Positions 10,568 through 20,067 of a stretch of 64,000 bases of DNA are shown here, in pieces. Positions within the stretch are counted from its first letter, which is position 1. Each line of letters opens with the position of its first letter. A model generated the notes under the pieces. That model was not told the DNA's origin and did not search any database. It worked only from the letters and a program-made list of their open reading frames with translations. Source of the stretch: Candidatus Shapirobacteria bacterium. Its GTDB lineage: Bacteria; Patescibacteriota; Microgenomatia; 0-14-0-10-38-17. The position numbers and the translations under genes are program-made. Location: positions 45,512 through 109,511 of the forward strand of contig JAGPNC010000001.1 in the NCBI GenBank assembly GCA_018052565.1, given 5' to 3'.

Positions 10568-10837
10568 GCAGTATTCGTTGCCATCCTGAACTTACTCAGT
10601 GGACAAAATAAGATTTGGGACCTTTCTGCAATAGACAAATTTCCAAATTCCAAATCACAAATCACAAACAAATTCTAAACTCCAATTTTCATTTTCTAAG
10701 CAAGAAAAAATAAACGATCTATTTTGATAGTTTCGAATTTAGAATTTTGGTCATTAGAGATTATTTGGAATTTGTTATTTGTAATTTGAGATTTTTGGGT
10801 TTCAATTTCGCTATTCCCGTAGTGAATGCCTTTTATT

Positions 10838-11788
10838 TTATTTTTTAGCTATCTCTCTTAGGGGATGATACTTCCGGTGGGCCTTTTCGGCAAAACGATC
10901 TGAGGGATGAACATAGCGCGTCGTGGTTTCCAACGATTCATGCCCTAAAAGAATTTGAATTGCCACCGGCGAAGCGCCGCTTTCCGCCAAATAGGTAGCA
11001 AAGCCATGACGCAGAGAATGGGGAGAAACGGGAACATTAATCTTTAGCTTCTCTCGATACTCCTTAAGCTTACTCTCAACGTAATTGGGAGAAATTCTTT
11101 TTTCTTTTTTGGAAACATTAGGGCCAGAATAAGGAATAAAAAGCGCCGGCGCATCATCTTGACGAGTAGAAAGATACCGTTCGATAATTGCCTTAGCCCG
11201 CGGAGTTAAATAAACAAAACGTTCTTTTTTTCCTTTACCCAAAATAAAAATCCGACCCGAATCATCAATGTCAGCACGATTAAGATGGCAAAGCTCGGAA
11301 ATTCTCAAGCCAGTGGCAAAAAGAGTTTCCAGGATCGCCCGATTTCGTAAACCAACCTTAGCATCTTTCTCAAGAGTTGTTGGCGCCTCAATTAAACGCA
11401 CTAATTCCTCAAACTCGGCCACGCGGGGATGACGCCTTTCGGTTTTTACCAGTTTAATCGCGTCCGGCACCACCGGCACTGGCACATCGCGATCGACTAA
11501 AAATTTAAGATAGCTCCTTAGCGCTGAGAGCATCCGATTGATACTTTGTGCCGATAATTGGGCATCTTTTTTCTCTTTTTTAATTGCCGTTTGCCGGTCA
11601 CGGGAAACCAGATATGCTTTATATTCATCAATCGTTCTCTTGTTAATCTTCTCGAAGGAAGGAGTAGGGGAGGCAACCAGGTAGGCATCAAAAACTTTCA
11701 GGTCGCGTTCATAATTATAAACCGTCTCGGCAGAGTAGTTATTGGTTTTTAGCGACAATAAAAAATCGTCAAAATAAGGAAGAATCAT
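10838..11788 (-). CDS. Tyrosine site-specific recombinase, XerC/XerD family
   Basis: N-terminal SAM-like domain. Catalytic R..HxLRH..Y: HSLRHGFAT ... LGHESLETTTRYVH. Confidence 0.8.
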   Translation of the reverse strand: MILPYFDDFLLSLKTNNYSAETVYNYERDLKVFDAYLVASPTPSFEKINKRTIDEYKAYLVSRDRQTAIKKEKKDAQLSAQSINRMLSALRSYLKFLVDRDVPVPVVPDAIKLVKTERRHPRVAEFEELVRLIEAPTTLEKDAKVGLRNRAILETLFATGLRISELCHLNRADIDDSGRIFILGKGKKERFVYLTPRAKAIIERYLSTRQDDAPALFIPYSGPNVSKKEKRISPNYVESKLKEYREKLKINVPVSPHSLRHGFATYLAESGASPVAIQILLGHESLETTTRYVHPSDRFAEKAHRKYHPLREIAKK

Positions 11789-12666
11789 AAAAAATTTTTT
11801 AGATAAAGTATTTTTTCAAAAATTTATTCTTTTGGTCGGGTAGGGGAAGAAAAGAAAAATTTTCTTTCCTCAACTGAGTGTAAGAGTAATTATACTCAGT
11901 TAAGGGTCATTATAACCAAGAGCCAATTTTTTGTCAAGTTTTAGGAAATATAGCCAAAGTTAGACCTTCGCTAAATAGGCCTAAAACGGCTGAAAAAGGA
12001 AAAGACGATAAGCTGACCACCCTCTTTTTATAGAATTTGAGAACAAAATCGTCATCTTTCTCTCATCTTTCTTGAGGAAGTCCCCCGCACAAACCCTGCA
12101 GCACCTACAAGTTCACACTAACAGATATCAATCGCAGCAATTTAACAATTTTTGTTTTAAAAAAGTAAAAAAAAGGGGAAGAAAAAATAATTTCAAATTA
12201 ATATTTAAATTCTTGTAAAATAATAATCAATTATTTCGGTTAATTCCTTTAAAAATACCAAAGCCAGAAGAAGATTTGTCCTCCTCCGAAGTTTTCCACA
12301 AAAGTATATCAAACAATATCATTAGCAGCTTAAAGCTTTAATTGCTAAAAGTGTGAAAAAATGCTTTTTAATTTCGTGAAAACTATGGGATAGAAACTAT
12401 AGGGTATATTATTATGGGATAATAAGATGCGACCTGCCCTTCTCCTTCACTCCCCTACCCTAAAATTCCCCAAAATATCATTTTTATAAAAGCTATTATT
12501 AACTTAAAACTCAAAGTGCAAAAGTGAAAATTATAAGTAAAAATTTATTTTAACTTTACCTTAACTTTTGGTTTTATTTAAGGTCGGCCTAAACTGAACC
12601 CGCTATTAGCAAAAAGACCTCATCGCTACTTTATACTTAATACCTAATACCTAATACATGCTTTTT

Positions 12667-13476
12667 TCACCCTCGCCAAGAAGTCGTTAAAAAAAGCCCT
12701 AAAAACATTAAGCTTCCTACTATTAGATATTCTTGGGCTGTTCTCTTAAAAAGTCGATCCGCCCGCTGAGCACTCCCCAATCCTAAAAGCACATAAGAAA
12801 CGGTCGTTAAAAAAAGAGATCCCATTAAAATTTCTACCGGATAGAAGGAAATAATTAAAGAAAACTCTCCCGCCACTAAGGAAAAAATTAAAGCCAAAAG
12901 TAGGTCATCACGCGAGAGGCTTTCCTCTAAATTGACCGCCCAAAGCGAATGGAGAGTCAGGGGAAAAGTAAAAAAAGAGGCTAAAATCGCGTTTTTCCAA
13001 AACGAAAGCCGAAAAGAAAAAATGGCGTCATAAAGGAAAAAAAGGGAAAGTAGTGTTAACAAAAACCCTACCGCTTGCGCCGCCCGCGCTAAGGCAATCG
13101 TTCGCAGGGAAGCAACGGTAAAAATATTCTCGGTTAGAAAAATAACATACATGCCAAAGGAAAAAAGGGCAAAAATTAAAAGTTGGTAGGGCCAGGAAGA
13201 AGGAAGTAGAAAATAAAAAAGGGAAACACCCAAAGAAAAAAAGGACGGCAAAATAGGCGTCAGCAAACGCTCCACATTAAAATTAAGTCCTTCGTAAAGA
13301 GAAAAAAAATGCAAAGAGATACTTAAAATTAACAAGCCGCCAATTCCCCAATAGCGCTGAGGAAAGGGCAATTGTTGAATGAGCAGAAAAATTAACCCCA
13401 AGAAAAGGGAAGAAAAAACAAAACGAACTCTTTTACTGGCGCGCAGACGGGAGAAAAAACGAGTTAAAAAAGACAT
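12667..13476 (-). CDS. Polytopic integral membrane protein, function unknown
   Basis: About 8 hydrophobic segments, no recognisable catalytic motif. Confidence 0.4.
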   Translation of the reverse strand: MSFLTRFFSRLRASKRVRFVFSSLFLGLIFLLIQQLPFPQRYWGIGGLLILSISLHFFSLYEGLNFNVERLLTPILPSFFSLGVSLFYFLLPSSWPYQLLIFALFSFGMYVIFLTENIFTVASLRTIALARAAQAVGFLLTLLSLFFLYDAIFSFRLSFWKNAILASFFTFPLTLHSLWAVNLEESLSRDDLLLALIFSLVAGEFSLIISFYPVEILMGSLFLTTVSYVLLGLGSAQRADRLFKRTAQEYLIVGSLMFLGLFLTTSWRG

Positions 13477-13483
13477 TCACCAT

Positions 13484-14245
13484 CTAAAAGTTGCTGAAAA
13501 CGCTTTGAACATCATCATGCTCTTCGAGGCGGGAAAGAAACTCCGTTACTTTCTCTCTCTTTTGAGGATCGCTAATCATTAATGGTACTTGAGGGAGAAA
13601 GACTAACGATGAGGAAAAAACTGAAAATCCTTTTTCTTCAAGATCGGCCACGGTTCTGGCTAAAGATTCTTTCGCCACTGTCAACCTTATTTTCCCCTCT
13701 TCTTCCTCAACATCTTCGACACCGGGGAAATCCATCAGGAACAAAACCTGCTCTTCAGTTTTCTCTTCTTTCTTGGGAGCCAAAAAAATTTCCCCTACTT
13801 GGCGGAAATTATAAGAAACAGCACCGGGAGAAGCCAACGACCCGCCACTTTTTTCAAAAATATTTTTAAGCTCTTGGGTAGTCCGTTGTCGATTATCTGT
13901 GACCGCATTCACAATTACCGCCACCCCCTCGGGGCCATAGCCCTCAAATTGTAACGAAGAGAAAGAGCCGTCCTTTTTCCCCCCGGCCCGGCTAATGGCT
14001 CGTTCAATATTACTCTTGGGCATATCAGCTCCCCGTGCTTGCTCGATTGCCAAACGCAGGCGAAAGTTAGCATTGGGGTCTGTTTCCCCTCCCCCCTCAA
14101 TAACGGCCACGCTAATTGCCCGCGAGAGCTTGGAAAAAACCTGCCCGCGCTGTTTGTCCTTCGTTTCTTTTTGGTGTTTTATAGTTGCCCACTTTGAATG
14201 ACCAGACACGGCTTGAAAAAATTTAAAAATTATTACTAAATGCAA
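13484..14245 (-). CDS. yebC: YebC/PmpR family DNA-binding transcriptional regulator
   Basis: GHSKWATIKHQK...NANFRLRLAIEQARGADMPKSNIERAI are signature motifs. Confidence 0.85.
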   Translation of the reverse strand: MHLVIIFKFFQAVSGHSKWATIKHQKETKDKQRGQVFSKLSRAISVAVIEGGGETDPNANFRLRLAIEQARGADMPKSNIERAISRAGGKKDGSFSSLQFEGYGPEGVAVIVNAVTDNRQRTTQELKNIFEKSGGSLASPGAVSYNFRQVGEIFLAPKKEEKTEEQVLFLMDFPGVEDVEEEEGKIRLTVAKESLARTVADLEEKGFSVFSSSLVFLPQVPLMISDPQKREKVTEFLSRLEEHDDVQSVFSNF

Positions 14246-14340
14246 ATCTCAAAATGCAAAATGAAAAAGAAAAAATGTAAAAAGAATTTTTAAGTTTTAC
14301 ATTTTCATTTTGACTTTTGCATTTTGATTTTTTGATTTCA
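14238..14340. repeat. Oligo-A/T-tract palindrome (hairpin-forming) intergenic element
   Basis: Left arm AAATGCAAATCTCAAAATGCAAAATGAAAAAGAAAAAATGTAAAA. Right arm TTTTACATTTTCATTTTGACTTTTGCATTTTGATTTTTTGATTTC. Short loop. Confidence 0.65.
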
Positions 14341-14448
14341 AATAATTAATGCAAACTCCAATTAAGTAAGCAGAAATATACCGTTTATTTTTTTACTTAA
14401 CTGTTAAACGTCTATTATTTTACCACCAACCAACCTTGTTGGCAAAAA

Positions 14449-15162
14449 CTAACCTACTCTATTAAGAGTTAATAAAGCTTTTTTAAGCCCGTAGGGAAGT
14501 TTAGAAACAAATTCTACCCAATTATTACTTTCAGGATGATAAAAACCGATTTTCCTTGCATGAAGAAAAAGCCGCGGGCACCAACGAAGGTCTGACCTTA
14601 AACGCTTCTCCCCCACATAAAAAGAATCACTAACCAGCGGATGGCCTAGATAAGAAAAATGAACTCTAATCTGATGGGTGCGGCCGGTTTTTGGAAAAAC
14701 TGTCACGAGGCTGAAATACTCCCCCTCCGAGCCTCGATATAATTCTTTTCTTTCAAAATAAGTCAAGGATGGTTTAGCCCCTGCCATCACCCCAAACCTC
14801 TCCCTTTTCCAAGGTAAACGCCCTACCGGCATACTAATCGTTCCCCCATTTGGCACTTTTCCATGAAGAAGCGCCCAATACTCTTTCTTGACCAGATGGT
14901 TCTTAAATTGACACTGGAGATTATTAAGAATCTCCTCATTTTTAGCCACCAAAAGCAAACCACTTGTTTCCTTGTCTAAACGATGGACTATTCCTGCTCG
15001 CAAATTCGGTAAAGAAACAATCAAATAGGAAAAATTTTCCCGCAACCACTCTTCAACAGTTTTTTGCCCCTGCGTCGTTTTAGCCTGGTTTACTACCCAA
15101 CCGGCCGGTTTTTCCAACACCAGAAGACAATCGTCTTGATAAAGAACCCGGGGGGCGATCAT
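14449..15162 (-). CDS. RluA-family 23S rRNA/tRNA pseudouridine synthase
   Basis: HRLDKETSGLLLVAKNEE catalytic Asp motif. Confidence 0.8.
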   Translation of the reverse strand: MIAPRVLYQDDCLLVLEKPAGWVVNQAKTTQGQKTVEEWLRENFSYLIVSLPNLRAGIVHRLDKETSGLLLVAKNEEILNNLQCQFKNHLVKKEYWALLHGKVPNGGTISMPVGRLPWKRERFGVMAGAKPSLTYFERKELYRGSEGEYFSLVTVFPKTGRTHQIRVHFSYLGHPLVSDSFYVGEKRLRSDLRWCPRLFLHARKIGFYHPESNNWVEFVSKLPYGLKKALLTLNRVG

Positions 15163-16619
15163 TTCTTTATTCTCACCTTTGTCCCGCCAGCAGTATCTTC
15201 CAAAAGATAGCCCGCTTTTTCAATTTCCTGACGAATTTTATCCGCTTCTTCCCACCGCCTTTCCTCTCTTAGCTTCTCCCTTTCTTCCACTAATTCTTTA
15301 ATTTTTGAGTAATTTTTATTACGCGATTTTAATAACTCTTCAGCTTCATTTTTTATCTTTAAGCCAAAAATGTGATCAAAATCAACAACTAAAAATATCT
15401 TCTCCTCTCTTTTCAATTTTTTATCTTTAAAAACTTGCCAAAGCAAAGCCAGTGCACGAGGAGTATTTAGATCATTTTCCAAAAAACGGCTAAATTCTTG
15501 TTGATATTCTTCTGTTCTCCTGCTCTTCTCTTTTTTTTCTCCTTTCTCTAACAAATCAGCCATTTTTTCTATTAACCCCTGATAGGCTTTTTTTGCTCCT
15601 TCTAGGGCCTCCCAGGTAAAATTCATCTTCCTCCGATAATGCGCCGTTAAGAAAAAATAGCGAAGCGGCATCAGGTTTTTATACCCTCTTTTTGTCAAAT
15701 CACTAAGGCTATAAAAATTGCCTAAGCTCTTGCTCATTTTTTTGCCTTCGATCTCTAAAAAGGCGAAGTGTATCCAATAGTTGACAAACCTTTTTCCTGT
15801 TGCCGCCTCTGATTGAGCAATTTCATTAGTATGGTGAACGGGAATATGGTCAATGCCACCTGTGTGAATATCAATCGTCGCAAATTTTTCTGGGAAAAAC
15901 TGGCCATCAACAAAGCAGGGGGTAAGATATTTCATTGCCATTGCCGAGCATTCAATATGCCAACCCGGGAAGCTTTTTTCTCTCCAAGGGCTTTCCCACT
16001 CCATCTGCCGTTTTACCCCCCTAGGGCTGAATTTCCACAGGGCAAAATCCGTCGGATTTTTTTTGTAAGGATTGGGTTCTACCCGCGCTCCCTCTTTCAG
16101 CTTCTCCTTGGAAAGGTGGGCTAATTTACCATAATCACTTATCTTGCTGGTGTCAAAATAAATCCCATCGGGTGTTTGATAAGTAAAGCCTTTTTTCTCT
16201 AATTCTTTCACCAAAAGAATCATTTCCTGAATATTCTCTGTTGCTCTCGGCGCTATTGACGGCGGGGAGATATTTAACTTTTCCAAAACCCGAAAAAATT
16301 CTTTCTCGTAGCGCCTAGCTATTTCCCAGGCGTTTTCCTTCTTCTCCCGAGCTCTTTTCTCCAATTTGTCCTCGCCCAAATCACGATCGCCAGTAAGGTG
16401 GCCTACATCAGTGATATTCATCACCTGGAAAGGTTCAAAGCCCCAGTATTTTAGAGTCCTTAAGAGGATATCGGTATTCACATAAGTACGCATATGGCCA
16501 AGATGGGGGTGGTCATAGACAGTGGGGCCACAACTATAAATCCTCACTCTCGGCGGGAAAAGCGGCCTAAATTTTTCTTTCCTCCTACTTAGGTTATTGA
16601 AAAAAAGAAGGTCTTTCAT
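15159..16619 (-). CDS. cysS: Cysteinyl-tRNA synthetase
   Basis: HIGH-type motif (YDHPHLGHMRTYV). KMSKS. Zinc-binding Cys/His. Class I fold. Confidence 0.9.
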   Translation of the reverse strand: MKDLLFFNNLSRRKEKFRPLFPPRVRIYSCGPTVYDHPHLGHMRTYVNTDILLRTLKYWGFEPFQVMNITDVGHLTGDRDLGEDKLEKRAREKKENAWEIARRYEKEFFRVLEKLNISPPSIAPRATENIQEMILLVKELEKKGFTYQTPDGIYFDTSKISDYGKLAHLSKEKLKEGARVEPNPYKKNPTDFALWKFSPRGVKRQMEWESPWREKSFPGWHIECSAMAMKYLTPCFVDGQFFPEKFATIDIHTGGIDHIPVHHTNEIAQSEAATGKRFVNYWIHFAFLEIEGKKMSKSLGNFYSLSDLTKRGYKNLMPLRYFFLTAHYRRKMNFTWEALEGAKKAYQGLIEKMADLLEKGEKKEKSRRTEEYQQEFSRFLENDLNTPRALALLWQVFKDKKLKREEKIFLVVDFDHIFGLKIKNEAEELLKSRNKNYSKIKELVEEREKLREERRWEEADKIRQEIEKAGYLLEDTAGGTKVRIKK

Positions 16620-16637
16620 TCTTTAAATAAAACTTCT

Positions 16638-17111
16638 TTATTCTTTCTTTTTAAATTTCTCTGTTCTTTGCGGGAAAAACCCCCGCCGCGGCCTTGAAGG
16701 CGGCAGTGGCGTTTTCTCCAGCTCTGGCGGGTAATTTTCTGCCGCCACATCATTAGCGGGTAATCCATAAACTACTGGCCTATGCTCATCACTTTCTGTT
16801 AACTGATTATCGCGGATCTTTTCTTTTTCCTTTCTCTCTTTTGCTATCTGCTGCCTGGCCATCGCTAATTTTTTTTCTATATCTCTAATATTTTCTCTTT
16901 CTTTTGCTTTCTTTTTCTCTCGCTTCTTCTCTTCCCAGACAGCAGCGTTTTGTTTTTTCTTTTCTTGGTCGTTTTCAGCAGTAGCTGGAGAAACTCCCAA
17001 TTGATTCTCCAGCTCTCTCTTTAAACTATCCGTTTCTTCTTTTAGCGCCCCAAGAGCATTTTTGCCAAGATTGCTAACCGTACTGGTGATTTTCCCTTTT
17101 CCAAAAACCAT
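16638..17111 (-). CDS. Hypothetical Lys/Glu-rich coiled-coil protein
   Basis: Low-complexity charged repeats (EKKREKKKAKERE). No TM segment. An in-frame stop lies 5 codons upstream of the start. Confidence 0.35.
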   Translation of the reverse strand: MVFGKGKITSTVSNLGKNALGALKEETDSLKRELENQLGVSPATAENDQEKKKQNAAVWEEKKREKKKAKERENIRDIEKKLAMARQQIAKERKEKEKIRDNQLTESDEHRPVVYGLPANDVAAENYPPELEKTPLPPSRPRRGFFPQRTEKFKKKE

Positions 17112-17214
17112 CCAAAAACTAATTTATTTTATGGCTAAAAGCAAATCATCGCTCAATTATTATAAAATTCCAAATAACCCGCCTGCCCCACACTGTATAA
17201 GGCGGGGCCGGCTG

Positions 17215-17412
17215 GCCCTGTACCAAAATGGTACGGGGCTGGCGGATTGAATTTTAACATTTAACATATAGTCCTGTCTACTGTGGGCAGGTTTGCGATT
17301 TGCGTTTTGAATCCATTTATAATTTTGACTTTTGGCTTTTTCCGCCAGAGGCGCAGGCCAGAGGCCTGTCAGCCTTGGGCAGAGACCCGCCTTGGGCGGG
17401 AACTTTTAAATT
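17215..17412. repeat. Cluster of GC-rich hairpin modules within A/T repeats (hypothetical-recR spacer)
   Basis: GGCCGGCTGGCCCTGTACC-AAAATG-GTACGGGGCTGGCGGATTGAATTTTA, then CCGCCAGAGGCG, GGCCAGAGGCC, CCCGCCTTGGGCGGG. The last module is identical to the one at 53745-53792. Confidence 0.6.
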
Positions 17413-17418
17413 TCTTTT

Positions 17419-18042
17419 TTAGTATTCTCTCCTTCCCTCCAGCGCTCGTTCTAAGGTCAGCTCATCAGCATACTCCAAATCCGCCCCTACCGGCAATCCC
17501 TGCCCTACTCGGCTCACCCTCACTTTATCAACCCTCTCAGCATTAACTTTCTCTAACTCTTTCTTAATATACATCGCGGTGGCTTCTCCTTCCAAAGAAG
17601 AGCCTGTCGCCAAAATAACCTCTCTTATCGTCTCATTTTCCCTTACTCTTCTAATTAGTTCGGCAATCTTAATCTCCTCGGCGCTAATATTTTGCAAGGG
17701 ATTAATTACCCCTCCCAAAACATGATAAACCCCTCGATAATGGTTCGTCCGCTCCAAAGAGAGAATATCCAATGGTTGTTCCACCGCGCAAATAATACTC
17801 TGGTCTCGGCTCAAATCAGCGCAAATTTCGCACGGATCCGTTTCTCCAATGTTATGGCAAACAGAGCACTCTTTGGTTTCCTTTTTCAAATTTACCACTG
17901 TTTCGCCAAATTGTTCCAAAAACTCCTGAGGAGTATGCAAAAGATAAAAGGTAAGTCGCGCCGCTGTTTTGGGACCAATGCCTGGTAATTGCTCAAAAGC
18001 CTCAATAAGATTATTAATCGCCTTAGGAATTTTCATTTTCAA
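17419..18042 (-). CDS. recR: Recombination protein RecR
   Basis: HhH (LPGIGPKTA). C4 zinc finger (CSVCHNIGETDPCEIC). Toprim domain. Part of the classic dnaX-ybaB-recR cluster. Confidence 0.9.
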   Translation of the reverse strand: MKMKIPKAINNLIEAFEQLPGIGPKTAARLTFYLLHTPQEFLEQFGETVVNLKKETKECSVCHNIGETDPCEICADLSRDQSIICAVEQPLDILSLERTNHYRGVYHVLGGVINPLQNISAEEIKIAELIRRVRENETIREVILATGSSLEGEATAMYIKKELEKVNAERVDKVRVSRVGQGLPVGADLEYADELTLERALEGRREY

Positions 18043-18043
18043 A

Positions 18044-18319
18044 CTAAAAATTCATCTTCCCCATCAATTTTTCGGCAACAAGGCGTTGAACTTCATCCAA
18101 GGCTTTATTAATAACTTGCGTTATCTCCTCCCCGCTTACTCCCTCTTTAAAACTTAATGACTTAAGCCGCGGTTGCCCAGAAACAACCACCTTAACGCCC
18201 CTTTCCTCTACTGTCAGCTCTTCTTTAGCCAATTGCTTTTGCAAGTCTCTCGCTTGCTTCTGCATTTTTGCTAAATCACCTAACTGTTTAAACTGATCAA
18301 ACATTTTCCTCACCTCCAA
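18044..18319 (-). CDS. ybaB: Nucleoid-associated protein YbaB/EbfC
   Basis: 91 aa, MQKQARDLQKQL... Conserved position between dnaX and recR. Confidence 0.85.
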   Translation of the reverse strand: MEVRKMFDQFKQLGDLAKMQKQARDLQKQLAKEELTVEERGVKVVVSGQPRLKSLSFKEGVSGEEITQVINKALDEVQRLVAEKLMGKMNF

Positions 18320-19805
18320 AAATTTTTTCTGCCAAGCCTAGTAGGTCTTCTTCTTTGTCTTCAACTTTTTCTTCGCTTCCTTTCACTTGCCTTCGCTTGA
18401 ATTTGGGTGAAAGTTTGAAAAAAACTTTTGCTTTTATCCCCAAAACTTCCTCCACTGCTTTTTCTACAATTCGCCGATTTAATTCCTTTTCCAAGCATTC
18501 TTTGTGAAAGGAATAGTAAACGCCAATCGTTAAAGACTGCTTGTCAAAAGAAAGCGGTTGTGCTGATTTTAAAAAAGCTTCTACCGAGTGGTTTTGTGGC
18601 CGTACTTTAGTTAAAATATCCTGCCAAATCTTATCATCGATGCTAATCCCCTTCTCCTCATCAGTGTTTTCTTCCTTTTTTTTGTCTTTATTTGCTCCTT
18701 TTTTTTCTTCCTTTTCTTTGAAATTTTTAAAAGAAGAGTCATCGCCTTCTTTTGCTCCCAAAAGCGACGCTGCCTTTCCTACTGCCACCTCAAGGGCCAA
18801 AATCGGGACGTTCGTTTGTTTTGCCTGCCTTAAGGCTTGAGAAAAAATATCAACCAACGAAAAAAGCTGATCAGAAGAAAAAGTGCTTTTTTTGCCATCA
18901 GGCAATCCCCAAAGTCCGTGGAGTAAAAGACGCAACTCCCTTAAAAGTTGTTCCAAATAAGCCTGAATATCTAAACCCCTTTGACTGATTTCTTCAACCA
19001 TTGATACTGCCTCCCCAAGTTTCCCTGCCGCTAAAAAATCAAGAAGCAATGTTGGCGCCAAAGAGTCTTCCATGCCAATTATCCTTTCCACCATCTGTCG
19101 GTCAATTTTTGGACCAAAAAAAGAAAGTTCCTCTAAGAGCTTTTGAGCATCCCGAAAGCTCCCGTCTGCCAACCGAACAATTTCTTCCAGAGCTTCTTCT
19201 TCAATTACCAATTTTTCCCCCTCTGCTGCTTTTTTTAAAGCGCCCATCACTTCTTCCGCCGTTGCCCTATTAAAATTAATCCGTACGCAACGGGAAAGAA
19301 TTGTTTCCGGTAGTTTCTCGGGGTTAGTAGTGCAAAGAATAAAAATCACTTTTTCCGGCGGTTCTTCCAGCGTTTTCAAAAGGGCATTAAAAGCCTCGGG
19401 AGTAAGCATGTGCACTTCATCAATAATATAAACTTTATACTTGCCTCGACTTGGAGCTAAATTAACCTTCTCCTTGAGATCACGAATATCGTCAATCCCC
19501 CGGTTAGAAGCGGCATCAATTTCTAAAACATCCAAAAAATCCCCCCTCGCAATCGCTTGGCAAACCTCACATTGACCACAAGGTTCTCCTTTTTTAGCAT
19601 TGGGGCAATTCAGGCTTTTGGCCACCAACCGTGCCATCGACGTTTTTCCCACCCCTCGTGGCCCCGCGAATAAAAAGGCATGAGGGAGATGATTAGACTG
19701 CAAAATCCTCCCTACCTTATCGCGTACCTCTACTAGGTCAAAATCGGCAATTTTTTGGGGACGATATTTCAGGTAAAAAGCCATAAAGAAAGTATTAAGT
19801 ATCAA
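18297..19805 (-). CDS. dnaX: DNA polymerase III subunit gamma/tau
   Basis: Walker A GPRGVGKTS. Zn module CPNAKKGEPCGQCEVC. DEVHML. SRC. Confidence 0.9.
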   Translation of the reverse strand: MILNTFFMAFYLKYRPQKIADFDLVEVRDKVGRILQSNHLPHAFLFAGPRGVGKTSMARLVAKSLNCPNAKKGEPCGQCEVCQAIARGDFLDVLEIDAASNRGIDDIRDLKEKVNLAPSRGKYKVYIIDEVHMLTPEAFNALLKTLEEPPEKVIFILCTTNPEKLPETILSRCVRINFNRATAEEVMGALKKAAEGEKLVIEEEALEEIVRLADGSFRDAQKLLEELSFFGPKIDRQMVERIIGMEDSLAPTLLLDFLAAGKLGEAVSMVEEISQRGLDIQAYLEQLLRELRLLLHGLWGLPDGKKSTFSSDQLFSLVDIFSQALRQAKQTNVPILALEVAVGKAASLLGAKEGDDSSFKNFKEKEEKKGANKDKKKEENTDEEKGISIDDKIWQDILTKVRPQNHSVEAFLKSAQPLSFDKQSLTIGVYYSFHKECLEKELNRRIVEKAVEEVLGIKAKVFFKLSPKFKRRQVKGSEEKVEDKEEDLLGLAEKIFGGEENV

Positions 19806-20067
19806 GTATTATTTATTAAGTATAATTCAAAAGCTAGAATAAAAAAAAGATAAAATTACCGAATTGCTCCTCCTAGGCGGGATATCTCGAAAGGAGATTG
19901 CGAGTGATGTGTCACCGTCATCCTGACGAAAGCCAAGATCTTTCCTAAAACCAAGGAGAAACAAATTCTGAAATTTTCATTAGAATAACAAACCCCAAAA
20001 AACAACACCTGCTGTTAACCCCTAGCAATTTGGCCTGCCTGCGGCAGATCTCCCGCAGGGAGATAAT

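Noticed and set aside
12390-12430. dif-like sequence (GGGTATATTATTATGGGATAATAAG) near xerC/D
   Set aside because: Only the central TATATTATG resembles dif. The flanking XerC and XerD arm consensus sequences are not matched.
16638-17111. TatA-like N-terminus (FGKGKI...LGKNALGAL) in the 157-aa hypothetical
   Set aside because: There is no hydrophobic TM helix and an in-frame stop lies 5 codons upstream. It is therefore not a Tat translocase subunit, and the resemblance is limited to an amphipathic segment.
19806-20067. Expected SRP RNA (ffs) upstream of dnaX, as in many bacteria
   Set aside because: Searched both strands for the domain IV core (GGUCCGGAAGGAAGCAGC) and a closing helix, and found none. 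The only hairpin, CCTGCGG-N9-CCGCAGG, follows ybeY and is not SRP-like.
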